A DNA stretch of 64,000 bases from Ruditapes philippinarum (lineage: Eukaryota), in the NCBI RefSeq assembly GCF_026571515.1, contig NW_026865890.1, forward strand, positions 1-64,000, written 5' to 3'. The notes under the pieces were generated by a model that was given only the letters and a program-made list of their open reading frames with translations, did no database searches and was not told the origin of the DNA. The position numbers and the translations under genes are program-made. Of the stretch, positions 14,001-24,500 are shown in pieces. Numbering within the stretch: position 1 is the stretch's first letter; the number at the start of each line of letters is the position of its first letter.

Positions 14001-17000
14001 CATCTAGGTCAACAATAGATTTTTATGCACAAATTATAAAACATAACCAACAAAATTTTGGTTTGAACGATGTGATTTTTCAACATAAATCATTATCATA
14101 TCCAAACTTATCATTTTTAATTTCAGAGTCCATAATATATATACAAAATTAATATTGTACTCCATCTAGCCTTATTTTCTTTTTCAGGGTAAAAAAAATA
14201 AAAATAAAAGAAATTCATATTGTACTGAAAGTAACAAAGTTCTCTTGAAATTTCAAACAAGAGGGCCATGATGGCCCTGAGGTCGCTCACCTGTATATAG
14301 GCCCCCGGAGCGAGGCCAGTTTAAACCCAAGGGCTTTTATTTGAACAAACTTGGAAGACACCCATTAGAAGATGTTTCATGATGCTAAGTTTTTACTATA
14401 CATATATAATGAAAAACAATGACCCCCCCCCCCCTGGCAGGGCTTATTTTAACCCAAGGGCTTTTATTTGAACAAACTTGGTAGACACCTATAAGAAGAT
14501 GTTTCATGCTAAACATCTAAGCTCTGACTCATTGGGTTTTTTAAAAGAAGATTTTTTAAAGTTTTTACTATACACATATAGTTAAAAACAATGACACCCC
14601 TGGGGCGGGGCCAGTTTGACCCCAGGGCTTTTATTTGAACAAACTTTGTAGACGCTTAGTAGAAGATGTTTCATGCTTAATATCTAAACAGTAGCTATTT
14701 GGGTTCTATTAAAGAAGATTTTTAAGTTTTTGCTATACACATATAAGGAAAATCAATGACCCCTGGGGCGTGGCCAATTTTGACCCTAGGGCTTTGATTT
14801 GAACAAACTTTGTAGACACTCACTAGAAGATGTTTCATGCTTAATATCTAAACTCTAGCTATTTTGTTTTTTTCAAAGAAGATTTTTTAAGTTTTTGCGA
14901 TACACATATTAGGAAAATCAATGACCCCCGGGGCACGGCCAATATTGACCCCAGGGCTTTTATTTGAACAAACTTGGTAGAAACCCATTAGAACACGGAC
15001 GGACGGACGACGGACGGACGGACGACAGACGAAAAGCGATCACAAAAGCTCACCCTGTCACTTTGTGACAGGTGAGCTAAAAATATATAATAAAGAGGCT
15101 ATTATACATAGTTTAAAAACAATACAGATTTTACTGGACTTGAACCTCTATCGGACTTGGCTAGAACCTTGTCCAATATAGGTTTGACAGCTGTGTACTT
15201 GTTCAATAAAATTTAGTTTTGTTCTCAACATAGTAATATAACCTCATAATATCTAATACAACCAAATGTTATTGGTAAGAAGAAATTTGCAATCTTATAA
15301 CAAACCTTTCATGACACCGTAGAAAGCAGATTTTCTTCTGAACGGAAGATCTAATTTGAACGTTGTACATAAAAGTTGGAGAAACTGAAAACAAAGGTAA
15401 CAATACAATCCATGTGTATTCCTGCCTGCATGAACTTTTGTCTATTATATACAATGTCATGTAATTTGAATTTTACATCAAATATTAAAAATCTTTGGAG
15501 TTAACAAACAAAAGCCTTTTTAAGGCAATAATAATAACACATTACTATTGATATTTTTCATTATTTTTATGTTTTCTTTTCATATGATGCTTAAATAACA
15601 TCTCACATACACTAAGCCACAGGTTTGATCCATATGGCCTTTGTGGCCAATTCCTATGCATGAAAACTCCAAACAGGTGATAATAGGCTATTAGCTGATA
15701 ACACTGCTGAGACTGATATCATTTTTTAAATATATAATCTATCAAAAAGGTGCTTTACCTGTAGATAGAAACCACTTGCTGTTTCCAGGAATAAATTAAG
15801 TGTGGCCTGAATCTCTGCTCTTTTAACATTCTGGAGAGTAAAAATATATTATACAATCTATTTTATTGAATGTTTTGTTATAACCAGCAAAACATAAATT
15901 TTAAAACTGTAATAAACACATTGTTTCCATATTTTTGTGGAAAATAGTAATTTCTAAACAGATAAACACATTGCTTTTCTATTACTATTTACAATGGTCA
16001 TTTCTTAAGAGATTTAACAAAAAAAAAATGTCTCAGTTATTTAACATGTGAGATTATTATATGAGTTCACTACATCAAACTGAATGTTACAATATATTTA
16101 GTAAGCAAATGAAATAAAAGTGACTATTGTAGATGTAAACTTGAATTTGATATTTATAAAAACAATTATTTGATCAGTAGCTGCCAGTCCCTTTATACTG
16201 TGTCCCAGCCTTAAAGCTGCACGCCTCCAAATATGCCAAATATTTCAAGAAAATCAAACTTGAGAAAAATATACTAAGATTTTATTAAGAAAAGTAAGCC
16301 ATGTAAGAACTTAAATGTTGTGTGCAATTAATGACTGATTTTGCATTGTTTCTACTGCCTGACTAATGCAGTAAGGGCTTTTTTGTGTGCATATTTTGAC
16401 CTATGATGATTTACATGGACTGTAAGTGCATTTTGCAATTATGAAATTTACTTTCACAATATCATGCTTTTAAATACATTTTCAAAATGTTCATGAAAAT
16501 TAACATGGACCTGGAGGCATGCTTCTTTAATGTAATAATGAACAGCTTTATGAACAGAGAAGGACATGTTCATTATGCAAATTTAAGGAAAGAACAGGTC
16601 AGTATTATCATACGTATTACTCATTACCTGTTTGTCTTTTGCTTGTGACTGTAAATTGTTTATTTGATTTTTGAATGCATGGTTCCATCTGAAAATCATC
16701 AAAGTAAAATCATTTATGGAACCTGTTTGTTTTTTCAAGTACATGTACCTATTATTTTTCAATATACATGTACCATCATAGATAACTGTAGTACTTACAT
16801 AGTACTTTGCAAAAATAGTATCATTACATTTACTGACATTGGCTTCCTTTTTCTACAAATTAAAATAAATCTTTTTGACTCTAAAAAAACATGAAATTTT
16901 TACTATAGTCTAATTTTTAATTTAAGATCTTTCCCATTTCCCCTTTGTTTTTAAAAAATAAATTTTCAATGTAAAAAAAACCCCACAATGAAAAGCATTG

Positions 17001-19653
17001 TAACGCTTTGAAATCAAGTAAGACTATAAATTGCACTTGTTATGGGTTTTCTATTTAATTCTCAGTAAATTTCTCTATTACCTCTTTTATAACCCTTCCA
17101 TTTTAAGGGGTGCTTCACTGGATCTATGTAAGATTTTCAAATTTTATGTTTTTTATGTTTTTTGGACCTGAGTGGCCCTCATTTAAAAGTTGATGAACTT
17201 ACAGTTCTTGCTCCACTTTCTTGTCCAGAGCATACTCAAGGTCAGTGAGGAGAATTTTTTTGTAAACATCTTCAAGTTTCTGTCTCATTACCCAAGTCTC
17301 GGATATGGTTTTACTGGTATCTATAGAAACAAATACAGTTATGAATGTTTTACAGGTATTTTTTATAATATACATATGTATGTAGACAAACAGTGTAATG
17401 AAAATAATAACAATTAAAATATAATTATTAATAATTCATGTTAAAGACATGTTATAGCTTTTATAAACATGATTGTATAAAACGTTCTTAATTCTTACAG
17501 TAAAAGAGATAAGTACAAAAAGTATAACCCTATTCAAATCTAATTTTAGCACTGTCAACATATGTTTTAAGATAATTAAAATAAAATCTTTTAATAGATT
17601 CACCATATTTTACCAAGAGATCACAAATGAGAAAATCTGCCAAGAGAAGACCAAAAAAATTAAATCAAGATTTCTCTGCAACGCTCAATGTAATGAATAA
17701 ATATCTTATTACAGTGAATTGTTGTCCTGTTTATATATAAACATATTCAATATAAATCTGCAGTCAAAACTGTCTTAAGCAGCCAGCCAAGGGATGCAGT
17801 CATTTTGGCTGATTAAGACAGGTGGTTGCTGAATGGAATGGGTACTTACCAGATACACTTGCCTTCAGGGCCTCCGCTTGTCTAAAATAAAAAGAGTTAT
17901 CTTGAGGTTAGCATAAAAAAGGTTGTCAGAGAACTTAAAACAGCCATTCATAAATTCCATAAAAAGATGTAAATTGACAATAAGAAGAATTCAATCAATC
18001 TATAAACATAATGACCTATACATATTTGTTCTTTTTACATTTTTTCAGTACCATCTTTTAACCCAGTTTAAACCCAGTAGTCAGTAATTATATTTGGACT
18101 AAGATTCCTAGTAACAATTTCTCAAATCTCTAAAGATGCTGTGTAATTTTCCCAATTCAAGCCAAAAAAAAATTGAAAAGAGAATCCAGTGGGGCGGATC
18201 CAGGATTTCTGGTGGAAGGGGTGGTCGGGGGAATGATGATGCACATAGCCAACTGAGTGCTGGGAGCAGTGAACTGAGAGTATGGGGTAGGTACAAGAGA
18301 AGGGTCTCCATTCCTATTGGCCTGGCTATGATGACACTCACTAAAAATGAATAAGTAAAACGGTGAGCTGGAGAAAAAAAAACAAGTTACGATTTTTAAA
18401 TATCAACAGTTGGCCTATGGTATATGCAAGAATCTATCTATAGAAGGCTAATAAAGCAATAGGTTCTTTCAGTCTTGCAGGAAATAGAACAATTTGACTA
18501 ACAAATATGTTTTATATTAAAAATGTTTAAATGTTTAAAATAACAATTAAACTTTCAAATTCAATTATTGACAGTTTGCTTGAAAAAATTTTGGGGGTTG
18601 CTAGTCAGTTGAAACGGCCCCATTCTCTTAATCCGAGCCAAAAATGAAAACATAACAGTACTGCATCAGTCCCTTGTCCATGCAACACTAATTCCTCCAA
18701 GGACTTCAGACAGGATGAGATAGAAGGAAAGTGAGACGTTTGAACCCTTCCTGTTGTTTACAATCTATACTGTGAATATATTGATTTTATTTTTTGCACC
18801 AAAAATAACCTGGGATATAGCGTAAAGTGCATTGTGGGGAAAACAGGGGTTAATTTAACCACATATGATTTGCCCCTACAAAGCAGATTTGCTTTTTTAG
18901 AAATTAATGTCTGAATTGTTCCAACAATGTCAGACTTTATCAATAAATTTGTGGTATGTCCATATCGCTCTAGATAGTTAAACAAATAAACTTTTTCTTT
19001 ATTTTACAAGTTTTTAAGGACAATTAAAAAAAAAAAAGAACAAGAAAATGTTAGAAGAGGAAAATGTCCATATATGAAAGTAAAATTAGTGCCCTTCACT
19101 CCATTACTGTTTTTACATTAGACTATCAAATTATTCAAAATTTTGTGACAGTCCGACATCCCATTCATAATCAGTGTAACACACATTAAATAATGGGAGT
19201 ATATCATTTCTCAAGCAATTATAATAGACAGGACTTTGTGAAACGTGAAAACTTTATCTCTCTGATTATCCCCTTAACATCCTTGTTGAGTCAGCAACTG
19301 AAGGGTGTGCCTAATCTTACACTTTCTTAATTTCTTCAACAGACCATTCTAATTTCTTTTTCAAATTGAAACCCAAATGAACCTTGCTATTCTCTAAAGC
19401 ACCAAAAATTCAACTGAAATTATTTCTATTACGCCACAAACGACCAGAAATTCAACATTTGTCCGAATAATTTTCTGACCGAAATCACAGTATGTTACTC
19501 TGAGTTGTCATAGAGTTTCCAGGTCTGTTGTTTGCTTTAGAAAGAAAGCCGATTCCTGTAATCTTTATGATGTAATAGTAAACTTATGGGCTTATGATAA
19601 AGATCAATATTTCTGCATTCGAAATACCTTAACATCTGGGCCACTGAACTCAT
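2097..19653 (-). CDS. SMG7: Nonsense-mediated mRNA decay factor SMG7 (EST1/14-3-3-like domain), multi-exon, 3'-incomplete
   Basis: Hand-assembled GT-AG exons with consistent phases (minus strand, 5'->3'): 19628-19653, 17850-17881, 17203-17320, 16628-16688, 15759-15830, 15306-15384, 13249-13341, 12589-12660, 11563-11716, 11037-11119, 10454-10687, 9856-10003, 8844-8923, 7743-7809, 3820-3933, 3168-3360, 2097-2293. Translation MSSVAQMLRQAEALKASVS...LTDLEYALDKKVEQELWNHAFKNQI...LNLFLETASGFYLQ...CQHCLVHLGDIARYR...YYWHAAYLVPFNGQPYNQLAILE...FYYIRSLAVKVPFPVAATNL...LPLPED...RQNVAIQ closely follows the vertebrate SMG7 N-terminus as I recall it. Further exons below 2097 are likely but not resolved. Confidence 0.95.
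4906..6850. repeat. 44-bp minisatellite, about 43 copies, in SMG7 intron 14
   Basis: Unit GACAGGACAGTATCTCATCTAAACTTACAAATCTGAGGCACAAA repeated almost perfectly. Variants include a 5-bp TATCG insertion (about 5342, 5480, 5793) and CTTATAAA instead of CTTACAAA near the array ends. Confidence 0.97.
8590..8775 (-). mobile_element. tRNA-derived SINE fragment (V-SINE/RUDI-like family)
   Basis: Reverse complement contains AGTTATCCAGCTAGCTTACAGAAGGTC...GAGGTCTTCCTCCACCATCAAA, shared with the copies at about 58221, 50220 and 54020. Confidence 0.75.
10055..10150 (-). mobile_element. 3' fragment of the same SINE family
   Basis: Reverse complement GGGATCTTCCTCCACCAGTAAAGCTGGGAAGTCGCCATACGACCTATACTGTGTTGGTGTGACGTGAAACCC matches the 3' end of the 58221 copy. 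Confidence 0.8.
11858..11962. mobile_element. Small foldback/MITE-like element
   Basis: About 33-bp imperfect inverted arms (GAAGGAGCATCAAAACAATTGGCAATCTGATTT ... AAATCAGATAACCTAATGTTTTGATGCTCTTTC) around a C-run/CA repeat. Confidence 0.6.
13441..13676. mobile_element. MITE with long terminal inverted repeats
   Basis: TGAGCCGTATCACGACAAAACCAACATAATGGCTTTGCAACCAGCATGGATCCAGACCAGCCTGCG ... CGCAGGCTGGTCTGGATCCATGCTGGTCACAAAGCCATTATGTTGGTTTTGTCGTAACAGGGCTCA: about 65-bp near-perfect inverted arms. Confidence 0.85.
14255..15083 (-). mobile_element. Non-autonomous Helentron/pearl-like element with internal ~165-bp tandem repeats (BIV160-like)
   Basis: One end has AAACAAGAGGGCCATGATGGCCCT (palindrome) plus GCTCACCTG. 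The other has a (GGAC)n microsatellite and AGCTCACCCTGTCAC-TTT-GTGACAGGTGAGCT followed by A-run. TTTGAACAAAC recurs at about 14340, 14467, 14634, 14798 and 14964. Confidence 0.85.
16211..16530. mobile_element. TTAA-flanked MITE family A (Kolobok/piggyBac-like)
   Basis: TTAA-AGCTGCACGCCTCCA ... TGGAGGCATGCTTCT-TTAA. Related copies or fragments at about 24610-24930, 27680-27990, 35210-35590, 41790-42121, 42830-43121, 63450-63627 and ending at 2083. Confidence 0.8.
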
Positions 19654-19671
19654 CTTTAAGAGTTCTTTTGG

Positions 19672-19935
19672 CTAAGTTTCTGACCCAGTGTTGTTTCTGT
19701 CAAGTGATCGCCATTTTGTTTCCATTTCCGATTGAATAAGAAATGGTCCCCAATGTGGTAAATATTTAGGATTGTAAATCAAAATAATTTCTGTATAAAA
19801 ACATGATAGTATTTCTTAATATTGTATGTAATAAATTACTTTCACTATGTATAGTTTTTCTATTTTTAGATTTTTATTTGCGTGTCAATAATAATGTTGT
19901 CTCCCGCTAAAAGTCACGTGATAGTCATGTGATAC
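19672..19935. promoter_or_regulatory. SMG7 promoter/5' leader within the divergent SMG7-amidohydrolase interval
   Basis: YY1-type CAAAATGGCG on the minus strand (19709-19718) about 60 bp upstream of the SMG7 ATG; tandem E-boxes GTCACGTGA (19913-19921) and GTCATGTGA (19924-19932). Confidence 0.55.
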
Positions 19936-20389
19936 GTTATTTTATACACTATTTTTTTACGCATCCGTGGCGGACAGGGGACACTGGATGAGACTCAACT
20001 GCATGCATATATTATGTATATTTTTTCTTCTTTTTTTCTCTCTCTCTCTTACTAAACGCTTTGAGCTTGCACAAAAATAATTGAATATACAAAAAATCTG
20101 ACAGTTCTATCAATTATAAAAAATATAGGCCTAGATCTAGGATATTTTTTAGTTTTCTATAAGATCTATTACAGGATTTATTTTCATATCACTCCATGGA
20201 AATATGATAATTTTCATACCATTATTAACAAAAAATAATCTTAACAGAAAATAATCCTGTAGTTCAAGAAAGAACTTGATTTTTTATTATAAATTATGGG
20301 CCTACATTTTTCTCTATTTTGACATTAGGCCTACATTTGAAAGTCTTCCCATTAATTAAATTGCACTTTGTGTTGGCTGAATTTAGACG

Positions 20390-20810
20390 ATATACTATGT
20401 CGTACGCACAAGTCACTTAGTGGTGCGCACAAGACAATTTTGTCGTTCGCACGAGATAATGTGTCGATCGCACGAGTTACTATGTCGTGCTCAGTGCGCA
20501 CGAGATAATAAATAGTGTACACGAGTTACTTTGTCGTGAGCACGAGTTATTTTGTCGTTAGCACGAGTTACTAGGTCGGGCGCACGGAATAATATGCCAA
20601 TCAGAATACACTTCACATATATGAATGTTATAAGTAAAAAAATGTCTGAAGGCTGGGACGATTTTATCTTAAACTTAATTATCTCGTGTGCACGACTTAA
20701 TTATACAGTGTGCATGACTTAGCAACTCGTGCTCACGACATAGTACATTATAACTCGTGCTAACGGCATAGTATCTCTTGCGCACGAATTAACTATCTCG
20801 TGCTCACCTC
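20390..20810. mobile_element. Foldback element built from ~22-bp GTGCGCACGAG subrepeats
   Basis: Left arm (20390-20590) has tandem TGTCGTGCGCACGAGTTACTA-like units. Right arm (20680-20810) has the reverse-complement units (CTCGTGCTCACGACA). Confidence 0.75.
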
Positions 20811-21027
20811 TGTGCCACCGTAATTTGAGGTAACATCCTGTGTTTATAAATTGTACTTTACGTAAAACCGCATGGTCTAATAAACGAGTAAATTGAGTGT
20901 CTGTTAATCAGTTAAGTGTTAAGACATACCTGAATTCAAAACAAATAGATTATGGTACTTTGTACCCTATGAAAATGGGTCATATCCGGTATTAAGTCAT
21001 ATCGGTAATTTTGTCGCGTTTACAAGT

Positions 21028-21530
21028 ATGGAATTCGTTGACACACATTTTCGTAAGTTTATTTTTATTAATAATATTTGATCAGGACACATTTGCATTA
21101 TAATGTAAATTCTACTTTTTAGATTTTATTTTCCTTGTGAGCTTAAATTTTTAATATTTTGTGACAAAGACTAAATGTGTAGATTTATTTATCTGTTTGT
21201 GTAAACTGTATACATGTCTTGACCATATTTAGTGTGTGTAAATGGTCAAATACACTTAGCTACATATTTTAGGCCTACATAGCAAATGTACAAGAATGTA
21301 TCATTTTACATCAAATTATATATGCATTGAAAAACAATTCATTATTAAGCTAATTTCTTTGGAACCATAATTGAGTTTCGTCGTTATTATTTCACTTAAT
21401 ATTATCAGTGAATGTTTTATATTTCAATATTGATCATTAAATAAACAAAATTTCGAAAAGTATGATTTGGTTTTGACTTGATTTTTTGCATTTTAAATAA
21501 AAAAAAAAGAGTAGAAGATAATAATAATAC

Positions 21531-21576
<46 letters not shown>

Positions 21577-24500
21577 TGATAATGATGAAAAAAAACAGTT
21601 GTTCAAATGCATTTGAAATGCCTATAAGCTACTGCAATAAATGAAATGAAATATGTTATATTGATGCAAAAAAATAGATGGTCACACTTGACATAATTAT
21701 ATCATATTTGTCAGGTATTTTTATGTGTTAAATATTACTTCTAAACTTGATTAAGCGTGAACATTTTAACACATATTACAGGCTGTTTTTTCCCTACTGT
21801 CAACCTTTGCAAAAATATAGCCATGCATAAATCACCTGATGTTTCACCGACAAGATTATTTTAGAATCAGCCTGGTAAAGATGCAAATATGGTTTCCACA
21901 CCATCTATATACAAGAGAATTTTTACTATTTATTTGAGCCACAGTATGACATGTTCCCCATTCATTCAATCTGTGATGCATACATTTTTTTAGATTTATT
22001 ACATTGTATTCATTTCGACTTAATTTTAGGTCAATGTCAAAACATTAAAAAAAAACACATTATCTTAATTATTTAAGTGTATTCAAGGGTATAGTCAGTT
22101 GCTTGTATTAATTGTTTTATACGTCGGATTTGGAGTCAACTCGTCCCGACTAAGGGATGAATTGACCTCACCTAATAGTCATATTGATGTAGTTAGATAC
22201 TTGACTATTTCTAGATAAGAAATTTAGATTAAATACGAACAGTTTGTCCCAATTTATCCAAAATATTGCTTTATCTCGTGTGCACACATGTCAATAATAC
22301 TAAACTTTTAAAAATGCTGATTTTCTTTTAAACTTGAAGAATATACATGTATATTTGTTTTGGTTTGTTTTGAAACCAAACATGAAATATCTACAGTATT
22401 ACATAAATTTCCACTCGCACTGTAGCACTTATCTACAGTTGTTTATTTATATAGTCAGCGCTCGCTTTTCTGTCTGTTGTAAGTATTGTTACGGTATGGT
22501 GGCTGATCTGTGCCATGTTGTATTTTCTCGCCTCGCAGTGTCGGGTTTATCGTACTTTCGCTCATCAGGACTCAAGGCGAAAACACGATAATACGTCAGT
22601 CACCACTTTGTCGTAGTTTCGTGTTTTAGCCTTGCACCCCGCGGAGCAAAAGAACGACAAAGTCATCATTTTGTCTCGCGGAACGAAAATACGACATGGC
22701 ACAAATCAGCCACCATATTATGTAAATTTGTACAATACTATTCTAAATCACACAGTTTAACCCTAAAGTAATACAGTAAGTTTACTATGTATATAAATGA
22801 TACCACACCTACATGCCTCTATATGAGCCAAAATATTTTAAGAAACCCAACCTTGAGAGAAATGTACAACGTACGTACTTGCAAAGTTGGTTTTTGTATT
22901 TTTTTTATCGGGCATGTAATCTATAATACACAATTGCTTTAACAATTAAGTCACACGGACGTACAGTTTTTCAGGTAAAGCCAGTTGTAAAATGCATTCA
23001 TAAATAACTAGATCTGAAGTTATTTCGGTTTGAACTGTCTGTAGTTCGCTTTCTGTCAACCCCATGCTTGTTCCGTTAAGTTCCCCTGTTACTAGGTAAG
23101 AGAAGAGTTGTAGGCAGTGAAGCAGACTAGGTGCATCCTTCACCAGTCGTTCTTCACTGATGAACGGTGTAGTTAGGTCGACCCAACTTCTTTATTTCAA
23201 AACAACAGTAAACCAGACTGTCCATGAGGCAACACATTTGCAAGAAATAATAAGATAATATTTATGAAAAAAAAAACACACACAAAAATCAATTGTCTGA
23301 CTTTTAGGGAAAACTCTTAAATAATTTATTCTAAAAACCGATCACAACATCACTTTTTTAGATTGAAGTCATGGTAAACCTCATTCTTTCGTTTTTCACG
23401 TGACGTACCATGTTACGTTCTTTGGAAACTGCATAGAAAGTCTCTCTTCTTGTAGTGACATACACACCGGTACTAGTTGAGGAACGTCATGTTGGCACCT
23501 TGCACGTGCCCAGTTTGTTTCAGAATATACATGTACATTAAATGACCAGACTAATATAACATAAATTCTATCTGATCAATTTGTTTGTTTTTCAATTATC
23601 ATACAGACGTTTGGGCTCTGGAGAAGTTCTCGTATCCATGGCCTACTCCAGACATGAGGATATACAAGGACTATTACCCTTGCGGGATAGAGAGCGGCAT
23701 AGAAGGTACATCAGTCAAACACGCGATTTTCGTGCAATGTCTAAATGGCAGTGTCGAGGAGGCTGGTATGTTGATTGTTATAAGGCTTTTTTTTTAAAAA
23801 AGAAGATATGGTGAACTAGTTAATACATTTGTAGTTTTTTTTGTACTCATAAGAGGTCTTTTTTTACAAAACAGTTGCTATAAATGGTTGTTGACACACC
23901 CTCATTGTAAATGTCAAATCGCTTTTTTTTTTGTTGGGGAAAGACATTAGGTCCTCTTTTAAGCATTATTTCAGTTCCAATCTGGCGTCTTCAGGAGTGA
24001 GTAGAACCCCGTACATTTCGAAAGCAAGCTGGATAGCTTTCTCACTTAAAATAATCCATAGTACCTGGTGGACTCAATCCCACAGCAGTGAGGGGCAGAT
24101 GATTCGAAGTCAGCGTTCTTCATCACTATGATTGCCATGGAGACCAACTTTTTTAGCCTTTACAAACATTTTTAATTTTAAGTTATTCGGGTAAATTTGA
24201 CTATGACAATACGATGTTAGTGGCGTTCCATACATAATATGATATGAATGTTATTTCAGAATGGGTAATGGACATGGCAACACGTCACAGCATTATCAAA
24301 GGAGTCGTTGCTGGTCTTGACATAACGAGTCCGAAGGTAAAAATTTACATATCTAGCATACAACATTAATATGTATGTGTTTCCAAATTGATTTGATGCC
24401 ACGGTACGCAAAAGAAAATTAAAAACACAATGTATAATGTACATGTTTTTTTAATGTATAAACATGTTTAAAATATTGACATGTCAACATTAAAAAAAGT

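Noticed and set aside
7048-19000. Short plus-strand ORFs within SMG7 (e.g. 7462-7827, 16664-16894, 17190-17417, 18136-18354)
   Set aside because: Antisense shadows of SMG7 exons or chance ORFs in AT-rich intron and repeat sequence.
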